Below, piece after piece: positions 37,940 to 47,884 of a DNA stretch of 64,000 bases. A program made the position numbers and the translations under genes. Location of the stretch: positions 16,404 through 80,403 of the forward strand of contig CALHIP010000026.1 in the NCBI GenBank assembly GCA_938030745.1, read 5' to 3'. Position 1 is the first letter of the stretch, and each line of letters begins with the position of its first letter. The notes beneath the pieces are model-generated. The model worked only from the letters and a program-made list of their open reading frames with translations. It was not told where the DNA came from and made no database searches. The stretch is from an uncultured Patescibacteria group bacterium (GTDB taxonomy: Bacteria; Patescibacteriota; Patescibacteriia; UBA2591; CALHIP01).

Positions 37940-39106
37940 TTAGCGCATATAGATATAACCAATAATTCGCCAGTCATTGATATTTATTTCTCTTCGATTA
38001 ACTTTCCAAGGACCTAAGTAATTCATTTCTGAAATAACAATAGTATTATCTTTTACTTCTTCAACTAAAGCAACATGACCATACCAGGTATTTACACCTC
38101 TCAAAGAGACAATTGCACCAACCTTAGGTTCTTTACCAATTGAATAACCATATTTCTGAGCATTAGCTAACCATGATTTAGCATGACCAGCCCAAGGGAT
38201 ACAATATTTTTGAGCAATATACCAAGTACATTGACCAGGATAAAAATTTCGACAATTTTCACCCTTCCTTTCTGTTTGGCCAAGTTCAGAGAGCCAGATT
38301 TTTTCTTTTTTAACAAAAACTCTTGGAGTTGGCGGTGGTGGTGGAATTTTTCCTTCAGGAATGATAATAATATCTCCAACTTTTAATGGTTCTTCATCTA
38401 AATTATTAAAATTGATAATATCTTCTTTATTAGCCTGATAAAGTTTAGCGATTTTTTCTACTGTATCACCTGGTTTTACCTTATGGGAGACACCTGAAAT
38501 TGGTAAAATTCTTAAGACTTGACCAGGTCTAATAACCGAATAAGGACTTAAATTATTCTCCCATAAAATAGTATTGACAGAAACACCAAACTCTTCAGCA
38601 ATTGAGGAAATTGTATCGCCTTTTTCAACAATATATTTTTCAATCTCTGTCCTCGTTGGAATAAATTTTTGATCTAAAGTAACAAAGGGTTTTAAAACTG
38701 CTTCTTCAGATTTTACTTCTTCAGAAGCAATTTCAAAATTAGAAGAGCCATTTTCTTTTAAAATTGTTTGGCTAAAGAAATCTGTTTGAGCTGAGACTTT
38801 TGTTTCAAAAAAAACAAGGATAAAAATTAAAAAGAAACAAATTAAAATTAGAATCCTTTGATTAAAGAAAGAAAAAATTTTGGTTCGGTAATAAAAGTTT
38901 GATAAATTTTCTTCTAAAATTTTTTTTACTTTTCGATAAAATGGTAGGATAAGTAAAATAATAAATTTGATAAACAAAAAAAGAAATATTTCCAAAAACT
39001 TGCCAATTTTTTTGAAAATCAAAAAAGCAAGAACTTGTGCTTTTTTAAATAAATTGATTAAAATAAGGGTTGCCTTAATTTTAAATTTTAACAACCGATC
39101 TTTCAT
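37940..39106 (-). CDS. Membrane-anchored LysM x2 + CHAP peptidoglycan hydrolase
   Basis: N-terminal TMs; LysM YIVEKGDTISSIA and HKVKPGDT; CHAP GQCTWY, YGHVA and SEMNY. Confidence 0.88.
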   Translation of the reverse strand: MKDRLLKFKIKATLILINLFKKAQVLAFLIFKKIGKFLEIFLFLFIKFIILLILPFYRKVKKILEENLSNFYYRTKIFSFFNQRILILICFFLIFILVFFETKVSAQTDFFSQTILKENGSSNFEIASEEVKSEEAVLKPFVTLDQKFIPTRTEIEKYIVEKGDTISSIAEEFGVSVNTILWENNLSPYSVIRPGQVLRILPISGVSHKVKPGDTVEKIAKLYQANKEDIINFNNLDEEPLKVGDIIIIPEGKIPPPPPTPRVFVKKEKIWLSELGQTERKGENCRNFYPGQCTWYIAQKYCIPWAGHAKSWLANAQKYGYSIGKEPKVGAIVSLRGVNTWYGHVALVEEVKDNTIVISEMNYLGPWKVNRREININDWRIIGYIYMR

Positions 39107-39218
39107 TTTATTTTAGCGAAAATATTATCTTTTTCTATTTTAGAAGAAATTTCTAAATAAGTCAAGGGTAATTCAACTTGAAAGAATGGAAAAAAATAAT
39201 TAAAATTAATTAACAATT

Positions 39219-40700
39219 ATGGCAAATAAATTAAAGGTAGTTTCTCTCTCAGCAGAATTAGAACCATTTGCTAAAACGGGTGGTTTAGGTGATGTTGCTC
39301 TTTATTTGCCGAAAGAATTAATTCGAAAAAAACAGGAGGTGATTTGTCTTTCTCCTTATTATGGTTTTATTAAAGATAATTTTTCAAAAGTTTTCGAATC
39401 AGAAATAAGAATTGATGACCAGGTATTTAAAACATCTCTTTTTAAAACAGAAATTATTAAAAGATTGCCGAAGCCTTTAAATATTTATTTGATTTGGCAA
39501 GAAAATTTTTTTTCAAAAAGAGAAAAAATTTATGATTATCCCGATGATGGTCCTGCCTTTTATTTTTTTTGCTATAGTTCTTTATATTTCTTAGAAGAAT
39601 ACTTTATTAAAAAATTAAATTTTTTACCCGACATCTTACATTGTCATGATTGGCATACAGGTCTTATTCCATTTTTGATTAAAAATAAATTATTTTTAAA
39701 AGATCAAAAAGTTGCCACTCTCTTTACGATCCATAATATGGCCTATCAAGGTCCCCATGGATTAAGAGCAAAATTTGTTCCTCCAGAAAAAAGAGATAAT
39801 GGTAAAAATCCTTTGCCAAAAATTTATGAAAAAGAGAAATGGAATCTTGTTAATTTTTTAAAAAGAGGAATTCTTTTTGCTGATTCAATCAATACTGTAA
39901 GTGAAAGATATCGAGAGGAAATTTTAACCCCTGAATTTGGTGAGGGTTTAGAAAAATATCTTAAAATCAGAGAAAAAGATCTTTATGGAATTATCAATGG
40001 TATTGATTATTCTGTCCATAATCCAAGTGTTGATAAAAATATCTATTTTAATTATGATTGGCATTCTTTAGATAAAAAAATAAAAAATAAAATTGCCTTT
40101 CAAAAAGAATTCGGTTTAGAAGAAAATCAAAATCTTCCTTTAATTGGTTTAACCCATCGCCTAACTGAACAAAAGGGATTTGATTTAATTATTAAAATTT
40201 TACCAACTCTTTTAAAGATGGATCTTCAAATAGTAATGATTGGCTCTGGTAAGAAAGAATATGAAAAATATTTTGAAAAGATGTCTTTTCGCTATCCAAA
40301 AAAAATTGCTTATTTAAAACCATTTTCAGAAGTTTTAGAGTCAAAAATTTACGCTGCTTCTGATCTTTTTTTATTACCTTCTCGTTTTGAGCCATGTGGG
40401 ATTTCTCAATTAAAGAGTTTAAGATATGGTTCAATTCCAATTGTCAGAAAAGTCGGAGGATTGTCTCAAACAGTCTTTGATTGGAATCCAATTAAAGAAG
40501 AAGGAAATGGTTTCGTTTTCCTAAATTGGGATGAGCATGAATTATTAGTTGCTATAGCCAGAGCAATTGAATCTTTTAAATATAAAGAAAAATGGAACAA
40601 ACTAGTCAAAAAAGCAATGAGACAGGTTTTTTCCTGGGATTTACCAGCCTCAAAATATCTTGAATTATACAAAAAAACTATAAATAAATTAAAAATTTAA
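39219..40700 (+). CDS. glgA: Glycogen/starch synthase (GT5)
   Basis: KTGGLGDV, HCHDWHTG, TIHN, QKG, PSRFEPCG and GGL motifs. Confidence 0.93.
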   Translation: MANKLKVVSLSAELEPFAKTGGLGDVALYLPKELIRKKQEVICLSPYYGFIKDNFSKVFESEIRIDDQVFKTSLFKTEIIKRLPKPLNIYLIWQENFFSKREKIYDYPDDGPAFYFFCYSSLYFLEEYFIKKLNFLPDILHCHDWHTGLIPFLIKNKLFLKDQKVATLFTIHNMAYQGPHGLRAKFVPPEKRDNGKNPLPKIYEKEKWNLVNFLKRGILFADSINTVSERYREEILTPEFGEGLEKYLKIREKDLYGIINGIDYSVHNPSVDKNIYFNYDWHSLDKKIKNKIAFQKEFGLEENQNLPLIGLTHRLTEQKGFDLIIKILPTLLKMDLQIVMIGSGKKEYEKYFEKMSFRYPKKIAYLKPFSEVLESKIYAASDLFLLPSRFEPCGISQLKSLRYGSIPIVRKVGGLSQTVFDWNPIKEEGNGFVFLNWDEHELLVAIARAIESFKYKEKWNKLVKKAMRQVFSWDLPASKYLELYKKTINKLKI

Positions 40701-40704
40701 ATTT

Positions 40705-41925
40705 ATGGTTTGGTCTCCATTTTTACATCTTTATCAACCACCCTGGCAAAAAAAAGAAATTTTTGAAAAAATTGTTAAAGAATCTTATCTGCCAATTTTA
40801 GATATTTTAGAAAGAAATAAAAAGGCAAAAATTACTTTAAATATTTGTGGTAGCCTAACCGAACTTTTGGTTAAATATAATTTTGAAAAAATTTTAGAAA
40901 GAATAAAAAAATTGGCAGAAAGCAAAAGAATTGAATTAGTTGGTTCAGCAAAATATCATCCAATTTTACCTCTTTTACCAAAGTCAGAAGTTGTTCGTCA
41001 AATTAAATTAAATGAAGATTTAAATCGAAAATATTTTAAAAAAATTTGGTCTTTAAGACCAAAAGGATTTTTCTTACCGGAGATGGCTTATGATAAAAAA
41101 ACGGCTAAAATTATTGAATCGATTGGTTATCAATACTTAGTTTTAGATGAAATTGCTTATTCAGGAAGAATTGGTAAAGTTAGTTTTGAAAAAAGATATA
41201 AAATTAAGGATTTAAAATTAAAAGTTATTTTTCGGAACCGAGGACTTTCTGATATTTTCTATACTGGTTGGCTCGATTCAGAAGAAAAATTTTGGCAAGC
41301 CTTAAAACATGATAACAGATCTAATAATTTTTTAATTACTGCTTTTGATGGTGAAAACTTAGGTCATCATAAACCAGGTAGCGAAAAAATATTTGAAATT
41401 TTATTAAAAAAAATAAAAACTTTAACTTTCTCTGAATTATTAAAAACTTATCAAAAAGAAGAAATTGTTGAACCTGTTTCATCTTCTTGGGCTTCAAGGA
41501 AAGAAGAAATAAAAGAAAAAATTTTTTTCCCTCTTTGGTTTCATCCGAAAAATAAGATTCATCAACTTCAGTGGCAACTTACCTATTTAGTAATTAAAAA
41601 AATCGAAAAATCAAAAAAAGACAAAAATTATAAAAAAGCAAGAGAAGAACTTGATAAGGCCCTTAACTCTTGTCAATATTGGTGGGCATCAGCTACCCCT
41701 TGGTGGTCAACTGAAATTGTTTCAGCAGGAGCAGAAAAATTAATTTTGGTTTTAAAAAATTTAAAAAAAATAGATAAAAAGATTTTAAAGAAAGGAGAAA
41801 ATTTAAAAAACAAAATAATTTCAACTGCTTTAGAATGGCAAAATTCTGGTCTAGCTGAAAAATTAAAAAATAATTATCTGAAAGGTCAATCAATAAGATA
41901 TTTTGGCGGAAAAATTTTAAAATAA
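40705..41925 (+). CDS. Glycoside hydrolase family 57 protein
   Basis: HLYQP, YHPILPLL, FLPEMAY and AFDGENLGHH motifs. Confidence 0.85.
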   Translation: MVWSPFLHLYQPPWQKKEIFEKIVKESYLPILDILERNKKAKITLNICGSLTELLVKYNFEKILERIKKLAESKRIELVGSAKYHPILPLLPKSEVVRQIKLNEDLNRKYFKKIWSLRPKGFFLPEMAYDKKTAKIIESIGYQYLVLDEIAYSGRIGKVSFEKRYKIKDLKLKVIFRNRGLSDIFYTGWLDSEEKFWQALKHDNRSNNFLITAFDGENLGHHKPGSEKIFEILLKKIKTLTFSELLKTYQKEEIVEPVSSSWASRKEEIKEKIFFPLWFHPKNKIHQLQWQLTYLVIKKIEKSKKDKNYKKAREELDKALNSCQYWWASATPWWSTEIVSAGAEKLILVLKNLKKIDKKILKKGENLKNKIISTALEWQNSGLAEKLKNNYLKGQSIRYFGGKILK

Positions 41926-41935
41926 TTTTGAAAGT

Positions 41936-43864
41936 ATGCTTTTCTCAATTCTTTTACATTTTTATCAACCACATTTTCAGCAAAAGGATATTTTAGAAAG
42001 GGTAGTTAATGAAAGTTATCGGAAAATTATAAAAATTTTAAAAGAAACTAAAGGGAAAATCACAATTAATATTAATGCTGGTTTACTAGAAATTTTAGAA
42101 AAGAATGGATATTCCGATATTATAAATGATCTTAAATTATTAGCTAAAAATAATCAAATTGAGTTCACCTCAACAGCTGCCTATCATGCTTTCTTGCCAC
42201 TTTTACCAGAACCAGAGATCAAAAGACAAATTTTAATTAATAATCGAATTTTAAAAAAATATTTCGGCAAATTTTATCAACCAAAAGGTTTTTTCTCGCC
42301 TGAATTGGCTTATGATTTTAAAGTAGCAAAAATTGCTAAAAAAATGGGTTTTAAATATATTTTAGCCGAGGAATTAGCTTCACCGATCAAACAAAATTTT
42401 GAAAAAATTTATCAAATTAAAAATCTAAAAGACTTCTATATCATTTTTCGAAATAAAAGAATTTCTGTTTTAATTTTATCAGCTATTTTAAGAAATATTT
42501 ATTCATTAAAAGAAGAATTAAAAGATGATTTAAAAAGAGATTGTTATCTATTAGCAATTATGGATGCTGAGACATTTGGCCATCATCGACCAGGTCTAGA
42601 GAATTTTTTAAGAGAAATTTTAAAAGATAGAACGATTAAGAAGGTTAAAACTTCACAAATTTTAGAAAAATTTAAGAGTAAAGAAAAAATTGAACCAAGG
42701 GCCTGTACTTGGGCTTCTTCAGAACAAGATTTTTGGTTGGCAAAAGAAAAAAAATTTGTTAAGACCAACCCATTTATTTTATGGCAACATCCTAAAAATC
42801 CAATTCATCAATATCAATGGCAATTTACTTATTTTATTATTGACCAGGTAAATAAATACAAGAAATCAAGGAAAGAGCTTGATCGAGCTCTTTGTTCTGA
42901 TCAATATTGGTGGGCTTCGGCTATGCCTTGGTGGTCTTTAGAGATGATTGAACAAGGAATATATAATTTTAAAAAAATCGCTTTCTCTTTACCTGATAAA
43001 AGGGTTCATCAGAAGGCAGAAAAATATTATCAAGAGATTTTAAAGATTGCTTTTAAATGGCAAAGAGAAGGGAAAATTAGAGATATTTATCGAGAATTTC
43101 ATAAAACTGTTAAGAAAATACCTTTTAAAAAAAGAACTTCAAAAGAATGGTATAATTTAATTATTTTAGAATTTGAAGATGAAATGAGAAAAGCAATTGA
43201 AAATTTAGAATTTGAAAAAGCAATTAAATGGCGAGATGCAATTTATAAATTAAAAGAGGAAACCGATATTTACGATGTTTTACATGTTGTTGATGATTTA
43301 AGAATAACAAGACAATTACCATCTTTAAAATCATTTTTCGAGCACTCAATAGATGAATTTTCTAATTTAGCAAGAAGATCATTTAAAGAATTTTCTGTTA
43401 AAAAATTTAAAAAAGAACAGCCAGCTAGACTAAAAGAATCAATTAAAAAAGCATTTTTTGAAAAAAAATTAGGACCATTAGGTTTTTCTTCCGATGAAAA
43501 AGGTAATTTTTATCTTTGTGAGTTTCCTTCAAGAGAAATAAAATTTTATTTAAATGATGGCTGGAATAGTTTTTCTGGTGCCTGTTTTTATAAAGAAGGA
43601 ATTTACGGAAGTAAAGACCAATGTCAATATAAAGTCAAAGATAAAAAAATAAGAATCGAATTAAAAAAAGATAGTTTTCTAAATTGGTTTTTAAATTTTC
43701 TAAAAGGAATTGATAAAGATAAAGGAAAAAATTTAAAATTAGCAATTTTAAGAGAACAAAACAATTGGCGTCCTGAATTTTTTAAAAAAAATAAATTTAT
43801 TGAAATTCCATATTCTCAATATTTTGCTTTTAAATTTAAAATTAACGGCTTTAAATTATGCTGA
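41936..43864 (+). CDS. GH57 protein with a UVR-like motif and C-terminal extension
   Basis: HFYQP, YHAFLPLL, FSPELAY and MDAETFGHH motifs, then EMRKAIENLEFEKAIKWRDAI. Confidence 0.82.
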   Translation: MLFSILLHFYQPHFQQKDILERVVNESYRKIIKILKETKGKITININAGLLEILEKNGYSDIINDLKLLAKNNQIEFTSTAAYHAFLPLLPEPEIKRQILINNRILKKYFGKFYQPKGFFSPELAYDFKVAKIAKKMGFKYILAEELASPIKQNFEKIYQIKNLKDFYIIFRNKRISVLILSAILRNIYSLKEELKDDLKRDCYLLAIMDAETFGHHRPGLENFLREILKDRTIKKVKTSQILEKFKSKEKIEPRACTWASSEQDFWLAKEKKFVKTNPFILWQHPKNPIHQYQWQFTYFIIDQVNKYKKSRKELDRALCSDQYWWASAMPWWSLEMIEQGIYNFKKIAFSLPDKRVHQKAEKYYQEILKIAFKWQREGKIRDIYREFHKTVKKIPFKKRTSKEWYNLIILEFEDEMRKAIENLEFEKAIKWRDAIYKLKEETDIYDVLHVVDDLRITRQLPSLKSFFEHSIDEFSNLARRSFKEFSVKKFKKEQPARLKESIKKAFFEKKLGPLGFSSDEKGNFYLCEFPSREIKFYLNDGWNSFSGACFYKEGIYGSKDQCQYKVKDKKIRIELKKDSFLNWFLNFLKGIDKDKGKNLKLAILREQNNWRPEFFKKNKFIEIPYSQYFAFKFKINGFKLC

Positions 43865-44886
43865 TTAATCTTAAAAAGAAAATAAAAAAAATAAAAAAAT
43901 TAATTGATCCAAATTTTGTAAAAAATATTTTTTCTAAAAGAATTAAAAATTATTATCCTGAAGCTAAAAAAATTGAAAAAGTTGAGGTTGAAATTTTAAG
44001 AAATTTTTTAGGTAAATTTAAAAACTTAACCTTAAGATATAAATTATTTTTAGATTCGAAAAAAAGAAAAATTATTTTAGGTAAAGCAAATAAATTGCAT
44101 GATAATCCAAAAAGGTGGTTTAAATCAGCAAAGATATTAGAAAAAAATAATTTTAAAGAAATACCAAAGGTTTTAGATTATCTTCCTTCTTTTAATTTAG
44201 TTTTATATGAAGAAGAAAAAGGAGAAAGTCTTCAGGATTTATTAATTAAAAAAAGAACCAAAGAAATTTTAGAATCTTTACCACAAATTGCTTCTTTTTT
44301 AAAGAAACTTCACTCTTTAAAGATAAAAAAAATTTTACCAATTAAAAATAAAAAAGAGGAAAATAAGGAACATCGCCACTGGCTTTTCTTAATTAAAAAA
44401 TGTAGCCCAAGATTTCTAAAAAGATTTAAAAAAATTTATTATAATTTTAAAAGAATTAAAGAAAAAAATAAAAAGATTTTTCTTAAAGAAAAAGAATATT
44501 CGATTGTTCATGGAGATTTTCATTTTGGTAACATTATTTTTTCTAATAAAAAAATAAAAATTATTGATTTCGGTGATGTTCATTTTTATGATCCTTTAGA
44601 TGACATAGCTAGATTTTTAGTTCAGGCAGAATCAATGCTTGATTATTATCGACCAAAAAATTTCTTAAAGATTAAAAAAAAGATTGAAAACTTATTTTTG
44701 GGAAAATATTTTCAAAAAGAATTAAAGAAAGAAGAAGAAATAAAAATAAGAATTTTTAAAATCAGAAATCTTTTACAAATGGCAGCAATTTTGTCATTTG
44801 TTATTTGGCCAAAAAAAGATAAATTTTTAGCTGTAAAAAAATCTCTTGATTTAGCTGAAAAAGAAATGAATTATTTTCGTAATTAG
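43858..44886 (+). CDS. APH/choline-kinase-family phosphotransferase
   Basis: LHS, HGDFHFGNI, IIDFGD and DPLDDIARF motifs. Confidence 0.82.
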   Translation: MLINLKKKIKKIKKLIDPNFVKNIFSKRIKNYYPEAKKIEKVEVEILRNFLGKFKNLTLRYKLFLDSKKRKIILGKANKLHDNPKRWFKSAKILEKNNFKEIPKVLDYLPSFNLVLYEEEKGESLQDLLIKKRTKEILESLPQIASFLKKLHSLKIKKILPIKNKKEENKEHRHWLFLIKKCSPRFLKRFKKIYYNFKRIKEKNKKIFLKEKEYSIVHGDFHFGNIIFSNKKIKIIDFGDVHFYDPLDDIARFLVQAESMLDYYRPKNFLKIKKKIENLFLGKYFQKELKKEEEIKIRIFKIRNLLQMAAILSFVIWPKKDKFLAVKKSLDLAEKEMNYFRN

Positions 44887-44900
44887 TGTATAATAGTTTT

Positions 44901-45815
44901 ATGAAAAATGAAATTAGAAAACATTATTTTTTAGATAAATATGTAATCATTACTCCTGGCCGAGCTAAAAGACCAAAAGGAACAATTGCTAAAGCGGTAA
45001 TTATTCCTGAAAGAACTTGTCCATTTTGTCCAGATAAAATTGAAAAAGATTTGATAATTAAGGGTTATCCAAGTTTAAAAAATTGGCGCTATTTAGCTTT
45101 ATTAAATAAATATCCAGTTGTAACCCTAGATAACCAGAAAGCCTATGGTCAGCATGAAGTAATTGTTGAGACTCCGAGTCATTTAAAAGAACTTGCCCAA
45201 TTTAAAGTTGAAGAACTAGTTGGTCTTTTAGAGGTTTATAAAGATCGAACAAAAGAATTAGCAAAAATAAAAGATATTGAATATATTCTGATTTTTAAAA
45301 ATGAAGGTGGAAAAGCAGGAGCGACTTTAATTCATGCTCATTCCCAAGTTTTTGCTTCAAAGATTTTACCACCCGATGTTGTTGAAGAACAAACAGCGAT
45401 AAGAAAATATAAAGCAGAAAAAGGTATTTGTCCTTATTGTCATATTTTAAAAAAAGAAGAAAAAGGTCCAAGAAGAATTTTTTCTAATAAAGAAGTAGTT
45501 GCCTTTTGTCCTTATGCTTCTCAGTACCATTATGAAGCCTGGATTTTACCAAGAAGACATGTTGATAATATTGTTGATTTAACAAAAAAAGAGACAATTT
45601 CTTTTGCTCTTGCTCTTAAAAAAATTCTTGTTAAAATTTTTACTTTAAATTTAGAATACAATTTCTTTCTCCACCAAATTGTTCATGATCCCGATCAGCA
45701 TTTTTTTTTAAAAATCCAACCTCGCGAAGCAACTTGGGGTGGTATTGAACTTGGTTCAGGTATTGTTGTTAATTCTTTATCACCTGAGAAAGCAGCTCAA
45801 TTTTATCGAAAATAA
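44901..45815 (+). CDS. GalT-like HIT nucleotidyltransferase
   Basis: RAKRP, CPFCP, NKYP, HEVIVE, GATLIHAHSQ and CPYC motifs; ATG at 44901. Confidence 0.88.
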   Translation: MKNEIRKHYFLDKYVIITPGRAKRPKGTIAKAVIIPERTCPFCPDKIEKDLIIKGYPSLKNWRYLALLNKYPVVTLDNQKAYGQHEVIVETPSHLKELAQFKVEELVGLLEVYKDRTKELAKIKDIEYILIFKNEGGKAGATLIHAHSQVFASKILPPDVVEEQTAIRKYKAEKGICPYCHILKKEEKGPRRIFSNKEVVAFCPYASQYHYEAWILPRRHVDNIVDLTKKETISFALALKKILVKIFTLNLEYNFFLHQIVHDPDQHFFLKIQPREATWGGIELGSGIVVNSLSPEKAAQFYRK

Positions 45816-45820
45816 ACCTT

Positions 45821-47833
45821 TTATATCTCTCCTTTTAATATTTCATATACCTCTAATATATCACCAATCTTTATCTCTTCAGTTCCTTCATATTTAATTC
45901 CGCATTCTTGGCCTTCATTTGCTTCTTTAGCTTCGATTCTATTAATTTGTAATTCAGATAATTTTCCCTCGGCAATAATTTCATTATTTCGCCAAAGATA
46001 GACCTTCGTTTGTGGTTTAATTTTTCCTTCTAAAACCTTACCTCCAATAATAGAATAATTTTTTTCTTTTCTAAAAACCGCAATAATCTTTACTTTACCA
46101 ATTAAAATTTCTTTTATCTTTGATCCAACAATTTTTTTTATTTCTTTTTTTACCTCATCAATTAAGTCATAAATTATTGGCGAAGTAATAATTCTTACAT
46201 TCCTTTCCTGGGCTAATTTTTCTGCTTCAGTTAAAACATCAACATTAAAGCCAAGAATTATTGCTTCACTTTTTTCTGCCTCTAAAACATCAATTTCATT
46301 TATTGATCTTAAACCCGACCTAATAAATTTAATTTTTATTTCTTCCGTCTCTAATTTTTTTATTGCTTCAGTTAACGCTTCTAATCCACCGATAACATCA
46401 GCTTTAATAACTAAATTGATTGACTTTATTTCTTCGTCTTTTGTATGTTTGGTAAAAGATTGTTCTTTAATTAAAACTTCTTCTGGTTTAAAATAAACCT
46501 TTTTTGCTTTCCTTCTTATTTCTTTAATTTCTTTTTCCGTTTTTACTTCTAAAATATCGCCAACAATTGGTAGACTTTTAAAACCAATAATTTGAACTGG
46601 TGTTCCAGGTAAAACTTCTTTAACCTTTTCACCTAACCAATTTTTAAGTAATCTTACTTTTCCATAAGTTTCGCCAACAATAAAAGAATCACCTATTTTT
46701 AATCGACCAGCATGAATAATTACAGTTGCTACTGGTCCTTCACCTTTATCTAAATGAGCTTCAATAATTGTTCCGATTGCTGGTCGATCTTGATTGGCCA
46801 TTAATTTTTCTTTTTCCATTTCTGCAACTAATAAAATTAAATCTAAAAGTTCATTGATTCCTTGACCAGTTTTTGCTGAGACTTCACAACAAATTGTTTT
46901 GCCACCCCACTCCTCAGGTGTTAAATTCAATTCGGTTAATTGTTTCTTTATTCTTTCTGGATCTGCTTCTGGCTTATCGATTTTGTTAATAGCAACAATA
47001 AAGGGAATTTTTTCTTTTTGAATAATTTTTAAAGATTCAATTGTTTGCTCTTTGATTCCATCATCAGCAGCAACAACCAAAATGGCAATATCAGCAACCT
47101 GTCCTCCTCTTGCTCTCATCATTTTAAAAGCTTCATGGCCAGGCGTATCAATAAAAGTAATCTTTTTTTTCTCTATATCTTTTTCTTTTTTATTCCATTC
47201 AACTTGATAGGCACCAATTTTTTGGGTAATTGCTCCTGGTTCTTGGGCTGCAACTTTTGTTTTGCGAATAAAATCAAGTAAAGAAGTTTTACCATGATCA
47301 ACATGGCCCATTACAACAATAATTGGTGGTCTTGGTTTTAATAATTTTTTATCTTCCTCTTTTAATAATTCTTCTAATTTTTCCTTAATTTTAATTATTC
47401 TTTCTTCTTCAATTTTCTCTTCAGTTTCTTTTTCGACATTAAAACCTAATTGTTCAGAAATAATTGCTGCAATTTCAAAATCTAAATTATCATTAATTGT
47501 TGCTAAAACTCCATTTTTAATTAATTGTTGAATTACCTTTGTGACTGGTAAATTCAATTTTTCAGCTAATTGATGGACAGTTACTATTTTCGGCAGAGTA
47601 ATTTTCCTTTCTTTTTTGATTTCTTTTTTAGTTATTCTTTCCTTTAATTTTTCTAAATATTTTCTTCTTTCTTCTTCTCTTTTTCTTGCCCACCATGCCT
47701 CAATGACTTTTTTTGCTTGATCGTCAGGAATCTGAATAGCTTTTGGTCCAATATCAAAGCCGAGCTCTGGCAATTTTTCTTTGAGCTCTTTTGTGGTAAC
47801 TTTTAATTTGCGAGCGAGTTCTGTTATATTCAT
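45821..47833 (-). CDS. infB: Translation initiation factor IF-2
   Basis: [17 protein letters not shown] and NKID motifs; N-terminal IF2N repeats. Confidence 0.97.
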   Translation of the reverse strand: MNITELARKLKVTTKELKEKLPELGFDIGPKAIQIPDDQAKKVIEAWWARKREEERRKYLEKLKERITKKEIKKERKITLPKIVTVHQLAEKLNLPVTKVIQQLIKNGVLATINDNLDFEIAAIISEQLGFNVEKETEEKIEEERIIKIKEKLEELLKEEDKKLLKPRPPIIVVMGHVDHGKTSLLDFIRKTKVAAQEPGAITQKIGAYQVEWNKKEKDIEKKKITFIDTPGHEAFKMMRARGGQVADIAILVVAADDGIKEQTIESLKIIQKEKIPFIVAINKIDKPEADPERIKKQLTELNLTPEEWGGKTICCEVSAKTGQGINELLDLILLVAEMEKEKLMANQDRPAIGTIIEAHLDKGEGPVATVIIHAGRLKIGDSFIVGETYGKVRLLKNWLGEKVKEVLPGTPVQIIGFKSLPIVGDILEVKTEKEIKEIRRKAKKVYFKPEEVLIKEQSFTKHTKDEEIKSINLVIKADVIGGLEALTEAIKKLETEEIKIKFIRSGLRSINEIDVLEAEKSEAIILGFNVDVLTEAEKLAQERNVRIITSPIIYDLIDEVKKEIKKIVGSKIKEILIGKVKIIAVFRKEKNYSIIGGKVLEGKIKPQTKVYLWRNNEIIAEGKLSELQINRIEAKEANEGQECGIKYEGTEEIKIGDILEVYEILKGEI

Positions 47834-47844
47834 AACTAAAAAAA

Positions 47845-47873
47845 ATCATATTCTTATTTAATGATTTTGTCAA
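47845..47873 (-). promoter_or_regulatory. infB sigma70 promoter
   Basis: TTGACA-17 nt-TATGAT, 11 nt before the ATG. Confidence 0.7.
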
Positions 47874-47884
47874 ATAAAAAATTT

